DNA of 57,063 nucleotides, counting the filler, from Sphacelaria rigidula (taxonomy: Eukaryota), in assembly GCA_964200075.2 (NCBI GenBank). It is 8 parts of 8 records of this genome, joined end to end, with 100 filler letters (N's around TTAATTAATTAA, not from the genome) between each part and the next. Parts side by side here need not be neighbours in the genome. Positions count along the whole stretch, not along the records: positions 21,439 to 28,483 come from CAXNAA020016778.1; positions 28,584 to 35,628 come from CAXNAA020016779.1; positions 35,729 to 42,773 come from CAXNAA020016780.1; 5 more parts are not named here. One strand, given 5' to 3'. Positions 23,901-37,428 of this stretch are shown here, piece by piece. Position numbers and translations under genes: made by a program. The notes beneath the pieces are model-generated. The model saw only the letters and a list, made by a program, of their open reading frames with translations, searched no databases and was not told the DNA's origin. The number at the start of each line of letters is the position of its first letter. Positions within the stretch are counted from its first letter, which is position 1.

Positions 23901-24959
23901 GCGCTGTCACTATACAAGGAACGGTACGCATCGGAAGGCGTACGGTCGGGCGAAGAACGGAAACGACCATTGCTCACATGCTTCATCGGTGGACGCAGAT
24001 TGGAAAACATGCTCCACACTACACGCCATCTCTACTTCTTCATACACACGCATACAAGTTTCCTTCGGCCACAAAGGTTGAAGAGGCCGCCATCGAACAT
24101 TCCACCTTCGGACAACACACAACCCACACGACGCCACAAAGAGTAAGAACACTTGAAAGGACGCCGACGGGCCTGACGGATCTTGAATACATATAGAATA
24201 AGCTCGACTCAGCGCGCGAAAATGCTTGCATGGCGCGTTCCCGGCACCTGAAGATAAACCCAAGCAAATCGAGCAGCGAGCGTATTTCAGTGCGTACGAC
24301 ACAGAGGGGCGAGATAATGTAGGTGAATGAAAGGGGCAGTACGATGAATGACGCTTGTGCCGTTTCGCAAGGCTAGCTTGTCGTTAAGGCACGCCGTGCA
24401 TTGCGCGTTTGCCATGTATGAGAAATCAATCAATTATGATGCCATTCGTCTACCGTCTACAACCACAGTGACAGAGTTTCCAGGTAAACTGCACGTCTTG
24501 TTTAACGGGTTCGCGGGGTAAGTGTTGGATGAGGTCTCGTCCTTCCTTCAAGAAAAAAGAGAAGAAAGAATCGTTTTGCATCACATATCTTGTTTCTCAT
24601 CTACTCCTCGGGTCATCTGTTTTGTAACATGTTTTCATACTACTGGTCAGCGATACACTGTCATAATGTAATGTGACATCCGGAAAACGCCAAACGTTGT
24701 GGAGCGGGAAAAGGGTGGGGGAGTGACTCAACCCAGAAGCTATTATGGCACAGGAATTTCGCCGGCGTAAGGCAAATTGGATTAGACGGGGATGCTACGA
24801 GCTGAGCTGGGCCGGTAAGGACGCGGATTGAAGCTCTCAAAGCAATATCTCACCGGCACAGACGAGTTGGGCCGTGTTCCGCATATCGTATTAATCATCT
24901 GATCAAGAGGAAGGTGCCCATCAACTCGAAAGTCTGGGCCATTTTTCTTTCTTGATTAC

Positions 24960-25460
24960 ATCCTATGTCTAGTAATTCCTTTACCGTACGGAGATGGCGT
25001 CCATACTAAAGTCAATATGGAACCCCGAACGATATATACAGCGGATGATGGTGATTTTTGGTGTGGACATTCCCTGGAGCACAGGGAAGCGATCGGTATA
25101 CCTCGAGATATGGCGCACACAAGGTTCAACACCAAAAACGATATATTACGAGCAGAGGGACTAAATGCACTAAATCTGAATATCGCGTCTCAGTTTTGAA
25201 GGGTCGTGCTTCGAAATCTCGTATGGAGAATCGCTAGTGCATAATGAAACGAAAAAAAATAAACGGCTTCCCCCCCCCCCCCCTCATTTTCTTCCCCTTT
25301 TGTTCCTCTTGTTTTTTCCGTTTTCTTACTGGAGTTTTGAGGGAAAATGGACGAAGCTCTCGGACCTCACTCATCTCAGCTTTTCAGATCAGTTTTTACA
25401 ATTGTGATTTGAAACTCATCATCACGGAGAATCGCGAAGGCATGCCGAAGGAAAAATAAG
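24960..25460 (+). mobile_element. Interspersed repeat family C (copy 1)
   Basis: Inverted homolog of 35790-35992 plus 36352-36640 (GACATTCCCTGGAGCAC, ATATCGCGTCTCAGTTTT, CGTATGGAGAA.CGCTAGTGCA). Confidence 0.75.
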
Positions 25461-28400
25461 TATCGACGTTCGATTTGATATTTTAATGGGAAAGCTACAG
25501 ACGTTGTCGTGAAAGTATGGTCTTCAATGTACAAGAACGTCCTGAACAAGCGAAGAAGAAATAATATTCAACATGTCCCGTTTTTGTGGTTCATTATGGC
25601 CTAGGGAGGTCCCATACAAGATTTCAAAACACAAGCACCAAACCTTGGCCGGTAAATAAATTGACTGGAAAACACTGTTCCGAATTTTCCCCGTCCCGGT
25701 TTCTATAATGCGCCACCTAGGCTCAATTTTGAGAGTTGAACTTTTAAATTTGGTACGGAGAGTGAATAGGGCATAGCAACGATGCTCGGGGCGTGACACG
25801 TCATCGTTTCCTTTTGAAAGCAAGAATACGGGGCGAAAGACACGAACAACTCACCCTGATAGGTCCACGTTATCTAGATTCTTGCTCCATAGAGCTGTAG
25901 TGTCTCGACTTCTTGTCGGAGCATTTTTCACGTCCTACCGGAAGGGTCCAAAAGAAGCAGCAAATTTGAAAGGACAAAGTAACCCGAAAATGCACGGCAC
26001 CAGTCAGAAAAGGAAAGGGATGCCTTGGTTCCATGTAGGCGAGGTGCGACCGCTGGATACGCGTGTTCGACTTCAACGCGTGCGTGAGCAGCTAGAGATA
26101 CGCGCGCTAGAGGCATTACTCCGCAGACGTCTAGCCATGGCCCCAACTCCGCACGAGGTACTTATTTCGTGGAGTCGATGCGGTATTGGGCGAGCACCAG
26201 AAATCTCCGTGAAGGTGTGATGCGATCTGTTTTCAAACACGGCCAGTAACGACCTGCTGGGAGTGTCCAAACAAGCACCTCTGCTTTCAGTTTGTGGCAA
26301 ATTGACACGGATCACCAAGCACATCATGTGTGAGTACTGGTTTACTGAGAGCTATGGCCTCGGCTATCGGGCATAAAGTAGGGGGGGCAAGGTGTCTCGT
26401 GGTCAGCATGCGAACAGGTTTGAAATGGGGGGTGTTGGTCGCCGTTGATTGGTAGGCTTCCCCGCAACCTTCGGTTGTACGAGTAGTGACGTTCCTGAAC
26501 CCCAACCGGGAAAAATGCGGAATAAATGAACGACATAACAGAAGGTGCCTTTGCTTCGCTGTCCAGAAAACATCAATCCGCCCCACCTTGTTCAGTGCGT
26601 CTGTTCACGCATAACTATACTGCACTTCGTTTTGCATTGACTTGAGAGCGATGTCGTGCCTCCATACTGTACAATCCAGCAAAAACGCTGCAGCCCGGTT
26701 AAGTGCTCTTCGACACCGAACCACCCTACATACAACTGCCGTTGAAGGCATAACTGTACTGTACTGTACTGTACTGTTGTTGTAGTGCTGTTTGTGAAGA
26801 CTAAGATATCATCATCTTGTAATAATTGTAGTAAAAACGTCTACAGGGCGGTACAAACGTACAGACCGCACGAACCCACACAACAGTCGTAGTCAGTAGC
26901 AGCAGAGGAAAGACCACTGATTTGAAGTGGCACTCCCCCCAAAACGAAAGTCGGCGCCGTGAACGGAGAATACACAACCCCAGCGATCCTTCCATCGGCA
27001 TATAGACCGAGTCCACTGACCTCTTGCTGTTGCGAAAGTCGGCTTGTTCGTACAACTTTCATCTACTCACGATTGAACCGCTCATGATACGTGCCTGTTC
27101 GACAAGACTACTACAGTATACTCGTACTGTTGTTGTACTGTTGTACAGAAAGCGCTGTGCAGTTTGTAGTGCTCGTAGATGTCATGCCTTCCTTCCATGG
27201 AATTTAATTGGCCAACTCGTAGCATGATGTGGAGACGTAAAACCCATGTTACCAACCTGTCCGACGTACAATCTTGCAACGTGTAAATGTATAGTAACAC
27301 CCCTCCTACCCAACATGCTGATCGATCATATGTAAGTCTACACACGAAAGCCGCCTTCTCGTAGGACTGGAAGGCAATCCAATCTACTAGTGGTTGTACT
27401 GCAGATTGAAAGAGGATCGTACACCTCAGGCGTTTTTTCGCAATTTTACTCGCGAGCTGCTTGTCATCGCAACCACCCGACGAAAACACGCAACAACAGT
27501 GTCTTCGCTCACATGACGCATCATATCCCGCCTCTTTTGACACTCTCCACCGGCATGCTGATCTGGGCCTGCGCTCCTGGGAGCGCAGGCCCAGAGGGGC
27601 GGCAGCTGCAACTGAGCCAAAGGGTATGAGTAGATGTGGCCCTCCAGCGCTTTTTATGGAAAGTACTTTCGCTCCTTGGTTCAGACTCGCAGCGGAACGT
27701 TCAGGTGGCAAAATAGTGTTTTGTGTCATCATCGGCTCTCTATACTACCCCGTTTCCGCCCAGAACATGAGAAGCAAGTACGCGTCGGCATCCAAAAACA
27801 TAGCACGCATATGCCTGATGCGATGCATGACATATTGATCTCTGGAAAGCTCGTGTTTGAGAGCTTTTGGCCGACGAACATTTCTCGAACAACCAAGGGT
27901 CTGTCAAAAATATATTATTTCGGGACACGTAGTAGGCCCCAAGATCGAAAATAATTGGAGTTTTTGAGGGGGGGGACACCCAGCCTGCTGTCCCCTAGTT
28001 GAATACCGAGGCGTTGGCGGATGCGGTCTGCTGCCGTCTACAGAGATCGTTGGCATGGAGACCGCTGAGATGACGGGCACACCGCCCCTCCAAGTTCATC
28101 ACATACCATTATTACATTTATGGGATCACGTTCCGTGTCGTGTGCCTCGACTATTTACCGCTACTACCAGTAGTCCGGGCGAATTTGGCGAGGCGTGAGA
28201 TAATGTTGCTACTTTGGCTACAGGCTGTCGGTACCGTGCGCTTGTGTGTTGCACAGAGATGTGTGTGAGCGTTGCCAGCATCCGAGGTCATCGGGATAGA
28301 TAGGGCGGGCAAGGAGCGGAAGGGAATATTCAAACCTCGCAAAGCACGCCAGAATTTCCGGGTTTTTTGTTATTTTAGTGCCTGTTGTTGTTGAGCAATT

Positions 28401-29156
28401 ATTACAGTAGTAGTAGTACCGGCCCGCTAGTAAGAAACGTGTCAGTAAGAAAATCAGCCTCAAATTTTAGACAAACTTAAGAANNNNNNNNNNNNNNNNN
28501 NNNNNNNNNNNNNNNNNNNNNNNNNNNTTAATTAATTAANNNNNNNNNNNNNNNNNNNNNNNNNNNNNNNNNNNNNNNNNNNNATAAGAGCTGGGGAGTC
28601 CCTCAACAGCATTTAGACGCTGCAGTACTAGCAGACCTGCTAGCCTAGCGTCACAGACCGCAGTCGCCAGCAGATGTAACGCACATGCTCGTGCTAAAAT
28701 CGCTCTCGACGCCTTAGCTTCTGTACTGGAGCCATGACATAAATCAGCCGCCAGCTTTGTCTTTCTTCTGTCAACTCTCCCTCTGTAGTTCAACACTTCA
28801 AAGGATACTCGACATGCGCACCGATTTTTTTTATTTGCCGTCTTCGACCTCGAAAGACGCTACTGATCCTCAACCCAAAAGGGTCAATCGCGCAACGCTT
28901 ATAACTCGACACCGAAGCGGGGGATCGGACTGCGGTTTCTTGCGCGCGCTTCCCACACACCCAAGGTACGTCACCTAGTTTGGTTTTCGCGTTTGAGCGT
29001 GATGCTGACTCGCAAATGACCCAAATGTACTAAAAGGGTATTTCCCGCTCTGGGGGGGGAATTTTCGGGTCGCCGACGCGACGCCAGCAAAATATCAAAC
29101 TAGGTTCTCTAAATCTTGTGTGTATACGGGGGGCTGTCAAGTGCCGTGGACCGTCC

Positions 29157-29460
29157 GCACGAGAAGCAGCAGCAGCAGCAGTATCAATAGCATATTTGTT
29201 GCCAGTAAATGTACGTGGCTGGGGGCGGGTCTGAATCAACCGGAGGCGATGCTGCTGCTGCTCTTGATCGTAGACGGTCCGCGTTTCGACCGTGCGACAA
29301 AACCCACGCACCTTGCGAGTGATAGCCACCGTGCTGGACAGCGCTGACACACACACGAATCGGTACCGGCAGATTTAGACCCACCCCCAGCCGCGTACAT
29401 CTACTGGAAGTAAAGATGCTACTGATACTGCTGCTGTTGCTTCTTCTCCTTCTCGTGCGA
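29157..29460. repeat. Inverted-repeat (hairpin/MITE-like) element with ~85-bp arms
   Basis: GCAGCAGTATCAATAGCAT...CCAGTAAATGTACGTGGCTGGGGGCGGGTCTGAATC is mirrored by GATTTAGACCCACCCCCAGCCGCGTACATCTACTGG...ATGCTACTGATACTGCTGC. Confidence 0.75.
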
Positions 29461-31450
29461 AACGCGATTAGAACAGCGCGTGATTTCTCGTGATGCTGCA
29501 GAACTGTTGTGTTGTTTTGTGTTGAGTGTAGTACTCTGTACTCCATACACCACTGCAAAGTTGTCTTGTGTTGAGTGTACTATCCTGTACTCCAGATAAT
29601 GGGGTCATGGTTTGAGCAGTTTTTCGAACAGTTCTGCTCGGGTTTTTTTTTTATTTCTGCTCGTTTTCCAAAAAATTCTCCTCGCTTTTTTAAAGTTTTG
29701 ATCGTTTTTTCAAAAGTATTCCGAAAAAACGAGAGTTTTTTCTGTCACAGAAATCTAATGCCGAATCTGGAATAGCCTGAAACAACAACCAATTTGAAAA
29801 TTGGAATTGGAATTCTTCCACGGTCACGACGAATCATCACGACTAAGAATCACCATATCCACGATTTCTTCGGCCTGATTGCCCAAAAGGGAGGAAAAAG
29901 TCGACCGCTGGTCCAAGGGGTTTCCACGCAACTTTTGCGCCATCCCACATGTCTGGGCTGCGTGTACCTGGGTTGCAACGCTGAAAATAAAGCCCAGGGG
30001 TTGATTCGTACGAGTCGAATCAGTTATCAAAACCAAGTCATTTCCAGACGAATCATTATTTGTCCGACCCTTAAATTCTTTGCAACAGTACTCAATCAAG
30101 AAAAGTATTTCAAAAGTCGTGCAATTTTCGAAAAAATGCCCTCCGGGAGGGGCTCCGTGCCCGAAAGTCCTCTCTCCGTAGCCCCCTGTAATGTGTATTT
30201 TGAAGAGTTGCCGTGTTTCCTCTTTTCAACTCACTCGCTCGTAAAATTTCAAGGTCAAGTATTTGCTTTATAGGGTGTAACAGAGAATTCACGACGAAAA
30301 TTTTGGTGCACATAGCCACCCGCCCCTCGATTTCTCCGAAGTGGGACTCGAAATTATGACAGGTTACATAAGAGGGAAAAGGGAACTCGACGGCACATTT
30401 CTTCACTCAACTTCCTTTTTTCCCCAAGATATGAAAAACCCATATTTTACATGAATGAAGAGTCGGAGGTAGTCGGCGAAAGACTAAAAAGGCGTGGGGC
30501 GAGGAATTGCGTCGGCGAGTTCGTTGCAGATCACAAGTCACAATTTCAATATAATAGTTCATCTCCCAACTTCAAAAAGTGAGCTAAGCGTGGCGATATT
30601 GACGAATCTCAAGCTCTCAGCCGGCCCGGCTTGCACAGGCCTCCATACAACAAGCCATGCAGATTTCGATGCACTGACGGTACGTGCAAACCAATACCCT
30701 CGTGGAATGAGGGCAAACGAACCCGTCGCCGTGAAAACAGTCCCCATGGCACCAACGTGGCGCAATAGCGTAACAGATCTGAATCGACACAACAACACGC
30801 TCACCTCAACTTCGACGTATACTAATTCAAAACATGCTTCTGCGTGTCAACATCAAAGAAGTGGCCATTCCAAGATTCCTCTGTATTTACATGCACGGAA
30901 CGGGGGGCAACGCATTCGTGACGAAGGCATGACGAATTTAGTAGTATCAACTAACGCCTATGCGACATGGCAGATCACTCACGACAAATCCATCGCAACT
31001 AAGCTGGGCAATACCGAAAGGGCAGCCTCCCCCCCCCTTCCAAGATACTATTTATGGGCTACAGGAGAGAACACTATCTGCCGGCCGAACACTCAAGGAA
31101 GCGGGACTCACAAACCCAACCGTATGCACAAGTACAACGCCAGTCACGCGCAGTTCCATATAATACATGTTATACTCTATAGAAGGTTAACCAACGATAA
31201 CAAACCACACGGGTGCGGTTAGCAAGAGCCCGCAGCATCAAATGGCCAAAATAAAGTCAGCATTTCAACATGCTTTTCCGATCAGACGATGTCACCATCG
31301 ATCGATCACATGATTCATGACATAATCCCCAACCGAAAAGAAGAAAAAAAAAAAAACCTTTTTTGGCTCTTACACTATCGTGCTATCCGCGTCACAGGCT
31401 ACACTTGGCGCCCGGCAGGTCTATTTGCTAACTACCTGTCTTGATTCAAT

Positions 31451-34400
31451 TCAATGGCCTGTTGTGGTGCCTGTTGTGGTTTTGGCACTTTCAGAACCCA
31501 TTGGTTCTTCCGTGCCTGACATGAGGAATGCCCCTAGTGCGCCCAGGTAACCCTCGTGCTCCAAAAACAACGCCTCCATTTCCCCGCTGCTCCAGTAGTC
31601 GATCGCGAAGGCCAACTGTCGCCCGGCCAGATGATTGTGCCGCAAAAAGTTCCCTACGAAGTAGATTCGTGTTGTGTCGAAGAGTTTGGCGTTGAGGTAT
31701 GCCACCTGCTTGACATCGGGAGCACCAGTGACATCAGGAGTATCAGCAACACAGAGCGAGCGACTATTCGGTCATCTCAAAACGCTACAGTAAGTTCAGG
31801 AACGTTAAGTGGAGTTAATCGCGCACATGAGCATTGAAAAAATTCAACCACGCGTGAGCATCAATGGACAACGCTGATTCGCTCGCTGTCAACCACAAAC
31901 AGCCATCCGATGATTATGTTTCGGGGTGTGAACACACAACTGACCAGGTTTCAATGCTGCGAACTAATATCTGTATCGCCCTTACTCGATTCCGTGGGGG
32001 GACATGGTGCGTTTCAAGGGTTCGGCAGGATCCATCACTCGCGTACATCGACACGGCACAATAATAGCCTCAGTATCTGCGACCGATTTCGCCACGAAGC
32101 AACTACGATGCCGTCGAGGGGGCCCGGGCTTACTGCAGCCTACTGCAGCTTGTTTTCTCCTTCACGATACTGACTGATCAAACATGACAATTAGGGTGCC
32201 TTGAGATACTTTGCCACGCGACGAATAAACACTGTACCCGTCGCAAACACTCGGTATTTCCCCGCCAAAGGCTATGCTCTCATCAAAATCAGCCTTGCTC
32301 GAACGACCCACTCACTACCCGCTTTCAAATACCCTGAAAGATAGGCCTCGGTACGACCATGTACTGAACGTCGAATCCGAGCAACGAACAATATTGTACT
32401 GCACGGAAGGCAGTTGGCCCGTCTGAGATATGTAGCATGTAGCATGTAGCATGTAGTATGTATAGGTTCTGTTCGTTTTTCGGGTGAAGATGAGAAACAA
32501 AGACATGAAACACATCAACGAAACGCAGGCGTGGCCCACCTTTTGTCCGCCCGGCTCAGCTGTTACAAGTACACTAGCCTTGTGTTGACAGGAATCTCAC
32601 CAGTATTCCAGGAGCCACAACAATTTGCGTTGGTGCCTTGGTGCCAAAATTTATAGGACGATCTTGCGATTCACGAAATCGCGGACGGTGCTGTGCTGTA
32701 CGAATCTGTTGGTAATACCGCGAATAAAAAGCGGACCGTAATCTGTGAGATACTGCACTGTCTTCACCGTTAATAAAACAGCACATAACTTGACTTCACG
32801 CATGGGAAAAGTCTGCAAGTCAAGACGACTCCCACGGCTTCCTCGGGGAGTTGGAACAAGACGGCGTTGCCAGCGGTGACCAAACTACGGACCAACGGTG
32901 GAGTATATCGTCGCTTCGTCGCACGCCCGGTCTCGTACTGTCCCGTGCTCTACGCGGACGGTACAGGTATGGTGAGATATGTTCAACCTTAATACCCAGT
33001 ATATTTCTCAAGATCGGCCAAATACCCCCTCAGCGAACAAAAATCACACCCCAGTACCCAACCGCCTGGGAACCGTCAACCGACGATATTGTTCCAAGAT
33101 ACGGCCTCACGTCAAGCTGTAGGGGTTAATACACACTGCTACAGAACCGTACCGGCCGGGAATCCCCAGGCACCCGCTCACCTGTCCAATATTGAGCGAA
33201 ATCATCACCAACAGCGCTTTTGCAAGGTCGTCCTCGCTCACCCCCGAGTCCGCTCCCCTCGGAGCCTCCATTCCCCCGATCTTTCCGAACGAGCTCGCCA
33301 GGGTATTCGAGCTGAGCTGGAATTTACTGTACCCTCGCCCGTAGATGTCCCCCACAAGCATATCCACTCGGTCTGAATCCCCGCGACTCGCCATTGTTAT
33401 GGACTCGTCGTAGTTGGTGGCCTCCGTGAGGAGCTTACATAGTCCCCAGTATGTCCCCCCACCTATACTGCTGCCGCTCACGCGCTGAAAAATTGCGGGG
33501 CCGTCAACCTGAGGCCGAGGATGTCGAGGTAACATGAACCCAACGGTGATACAAACAAGCGGATGAAGGTCGACACACGTGACCCTCATGTTCTTTTTTC
33601 CAGGTCGAAGCACGCCGATATAAGTTGTTTCTCCTAGCCAGTTAATAACGGCACGTCCAATCTAAACTGGAAGAATACAAAAATACGACCTGCCGTCGGT
33701 AGCCAAACCCAAAGCCCTTCTCCGATCATACCGTGCTGTTTGTGGAACGACTATCGACTTGTCGACGTGTTTGATCCGGATAATCTTCTGCAGTAGCAGT
33801 ATGTGGAACTTGGGAGCAACGGTGGGAAGGTAAACATTTGTGTCAGTAAGAAAAAATACAGTACATCCGGCTGTCAATCTAAGCTGCACAAAACAGTCCG
33901 AGTCAAGCCTTTGCGAAAGTGTCGGGACAGATACCCAGCATGTTAGACATAGCGCAATAATTACACCTGAGGGAGGATCACGTACACACCGTTAGTAGCG
34001 ACAGCAAGGGGCCTGCATGGGGGAGCTAAAACACGCAGATGGAGAACGGTCGCTGGGCGACGCTTGCTAGCATACGCTGTGGAACCCTCTACCTTAATAA
34101 TGCTGACGCCCGATCCCAGGGACACGACGAGAGCTGGGTAGGCGGTGGATGCTGGCTCGTTCTCGATGGAACGATTAACCTTCAACGAGTATTCCTGTAT
34201 TCAAGAGGCACATGGCGACACATCACCGACAGCGCGGGTTACGTTCAAAGCGTAGGCTAGACACGCGCTGGAGCATTTGTATGCAAGCGAATGACCTAAA
34301 AGCTACCCTGTGGCGAGACAAAATACGGGATGACCACACTTCTTTCTGATCGGACACCAGGTGCAACACAGGTGTGTAGCCACCGTGCTCTAGACAAGCA

Positions 34401-35303
34401 GATGCTCCCGACACAGTGGAGAATGACGGGAATTTTGTGCTGGGAAAGGCAAAATACCGATACGACAACGGGCGAGCTCACGACACTCATCATTCTTCGG
34501 CACGCTGGGAAGCCACACTACACATCTCCACCTCTCTGATGTACCGCCAAAGGATCTTCCTCGTGACCCTCACGAGTAGCCTGACAAGGACAACAGCCAC
34601 ATCATATGTACTTGTACTCCAGAATCGGTCCTTCTAGGTATTGCACCGGTCAGATGTCACCTAGCTTGTGCGCACATTTTCGTCATCAGTAACAATGACA
34701 TTCACCGCCATCCACTGAGCGCATGCTTACCCGCTTCACTCCACCCTCGGTGATCTCGCGCATTCGCTTATTTCTCAAGTGATCCTCGGGTCCGATATGA
34801 TGGCCATCACAATCTCCCTTGGCGTTGCTCGTTCGTCCCCCGTCTGCCGCGTCCCCTGGACCTTCTTCCGGGTTCGTTCGGGTCTCCTCACTGGGCGGAC
34901 GATACGTGTAGCACTCCTCCGGAATGTTGGCGAGCGCAAACTGCATGCCCCTCACGAGACACTCCATCTCGTCCATCTGCAACATCCGCACCCCTAGTCG
35001 CCGGAGGAAAAAATCCTCAAACTTGAACGCGCCTCCACCGGTGCACCCCATGGCTTGAATATTTCGGTGCACTCTGCTGTTCGAGATTATTTCTACGGCA
35101 GACTCCATGAAGCGCGTCTCGAAATGAAAGAAGTGAAGCACGCCCCCCAGGGCATGACTATACGCGCTTAGGTGCGTATCTTTTACTCCGCTGTCCCCCA
35201 ATCTGGAAGCCTGGTCCATGAAGCTATAGAACTCCTTCAAGGCCTCTTGCTGCTCTGTCGTGTCGTGCAGGTTTCCGAGGCTGACAGTGCGCTTCATTTC
35301 CAC
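31451..35303 (-). CDS. PANK: Type II (eukaryotic, Fumble-family) pantothenate kinase, 5'-incomplete; exons 35303-34731, 34194-34093, 33508-33182 and 31705-31451
   Basis: All four exons are phase 0 with canonical GT-AG sites. Motifs LHFFHFET, CTGGGAFKF, DEMECLVRG, YPALVVSLGSGVSIIK, RVSGSSIGGGTYWGL, VDMLVGDIYG, ASSFGK, ISLNIGQVAYL, YFVGNFLR and FLEHEGYLGALGAFL. The N-terminal DIGG exon is missing because the contig ends at 35628. Confidence 0.95.
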
Positions 35304-35789
35304 CTATTAAAGGCAAACGGTTCGCCCATGCCGCGTGCGGTATCTGGTCAACAACTGGAAGGATTGTTACTGCCTTGGTTGACATATTTTTTCACGTTGG
35401 AGACTAGTGAGTACTCGTAGCAACGGCTGGCACCGGCTAGCAACGGCCATGCCAGTGAAATGCGAGTCTATCCACACGTGTACAGTGTGTTCACCCCCCG
35501 ATTTTTATACGGCGCTGTGTCTTGCTTATTCTCAACCATTTTTGCGGTCCCCTTAACACTAAGGCAAGCAATGAATGAGTACACATCACCCCTCCTGACC
35601 GCCGGGAACAACCCGCGTCCCACATAAANNNNNNNNNNNNNNNNNNNNNNNNNNNNNNNNNNNNNNNNNNNNTTAATTAATTAANNNNNNNNNNNNNNNN
35701 NNNNNNNNNNNNNNNNNNNNNNNNNNNNTTTTAATCCTCCGGGTTCTCATCCTCAATGAAAAGCACCATCCTCAACATAGATGATCGGC

Positions 35790-36640
35790 TGTTTTCAGCA
35801 TACCTCTGCGGTTCTTTATATTGAGTTTCAAATTACAATTATAAATAATTGAGCTAAAAAATTGAGATAAGGTCCAAAAACAGTGTTCGTTTCGCGTCAA
35901 AACTGTCCCCAAACTCCGAAAATAATGAAGAAAAAGGAAAAAAATGAAAAAGCGGTGTTTATAAGCTTCATTGTGCACTAGCGGTTCTCCATGTGTGTGT
36001 TGTCATCCCATGTATTCTGGGCGCCAGTCAACACCTTTCTTCGGCATATGTGGGCGCATCAGCCGGGATCACACAAACGTCAACACAGGGGCGTTTTTCT
36101 TTTTTACTTGTTTTTAATATGCAACCTTCCTTGTGCGATACTTGCCTTTTTTTTGTCTCGGGAGGGGTTCAGCAGCCCCTCTCCCTCGTCGACCGTTCAA
36201 TCGAATTTTTGTGTACCCACGCCATAGTCGCTCTCCACTGTTGGGCATGGTGTGAGAAAAGATCCCACATCGCTCCGGGAATCGAACGCCACCACTCAAC
36301 CCTCAGAAGGTTACGAGGTTACCAACTGCGCCACCGGGGCGACCGGTCCACCTCCATACGAAATTTTATAGCATAACTCAAAAACTGAGACGCGATATCC
36401 AGGTTTAGCTAATCTAGCGCATCTGCTCGTAATATACTGATTTTATCATGTCAACTTACGTGCGATCTCGAGATAGATTGCGAATTAGGTGAAGGTGAGG
36501 GTACCTATCGTCTCCCCGTGCTCCAGGGAATGTCGACACCAAAATTCGTCATCCGCTGAATGCATCGATCGGGGGTTCCATAGAGATTCTAGTACAGACT
36601 CTGTATCTCTCAGGTACAGGAATCACTAGACATGGGGTTT
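35790..36640 (-). mobile_element. Interspersed repeat family C (copy 2), split by a SINE insertion
   Basis: The two halves are colinear with the reverse complement of 24960-25460 and are interrupted at CTCCAT. Confidence 0.75.
35993..36351 (-). mobile_element. tRNA-derived SINE, family 1, full length with 6-bp TSD
   Basis: A box TGGCGCAGTTGG, B-box-like CGTTCGATTCC and (CA)n tail. CTCCAT is duplicated at 35987-35992 and 36352-36357. Confidence 0.88.
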
Positions 36641-37428
36641 CATGAACAAAAAAACATGGGCCCAAAATTTTGAGCAGATGGGCACCTTCCTCTTGGTGGG
36701 ACGATTAATACGATATATGGATCATGACCCAACTCGTCCGTGTCGACAATATATTGCTTTGAGAGCTTAAATCCGTGTCTACGCTGTCTTCTAGCTCGTA
36801 CTGCCTTTCCCGATTTCCCCCCCCCGATGCTCGAAAAAATCGAGATTGGTGACTGCCATAAAATATGGTCCAAGACACGCCCCAAGACCTCCCACTCCCA
36901 TTCCGACCTATAACATCTCACACACAACCCCCTTTGTTGTACTTGGCTCTTCTACTGTAATAATTCCCACTATACAATTGTGTGTGCTGTTGTAGCGTTG
37001 TAATCCTGTCGACAGAAAATAATGCCGATTCACTTGTGGCGATAACAGATAGCTCCATCCCTGCCTGCCATCGACTAAATGTTCGTGGTGGACCCACAAG
37101 TCTGCAAAACAACATCCAACCGACAAACCTGCACACACACACGAACTAATCTGAGTTGAATTGTTCGAGCGCAGTCGATTTGTTTTAGCAAAACAGTTTG
37201 CTGGCCGAGTTTCCAGAACGATCTGAGCACAGATTTGTGGAGAAACTTCCAGTCCAATCAGTCCATTCACACTATAGGCACGTAAGTACGTCCGTGCGGC
37301 GAGGTACGATGCGATTGCAGGAGACGTCATACCGTTCATTACGACAGTGTTATCGAAACGCTTGCGCGAAAAGCAATAGAGTGTCATGAGCTGTGAGGGC
37401 ATATATGTTCATGCCGCAGCTGACGCAG

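Noticed and set aside
25524-26330. Minus-strand coding-like remnants, possibly copia gag
   Set aside because: Interrupted by stops and lacking any diagnostic motif, so too weak to call.
30494-31222. 242-aa plus-strand ORF
   Set aside because: No motif and no ATG start; it lies antisense to the likely PanK 3' UTR region, so it is probably a chance ORF.
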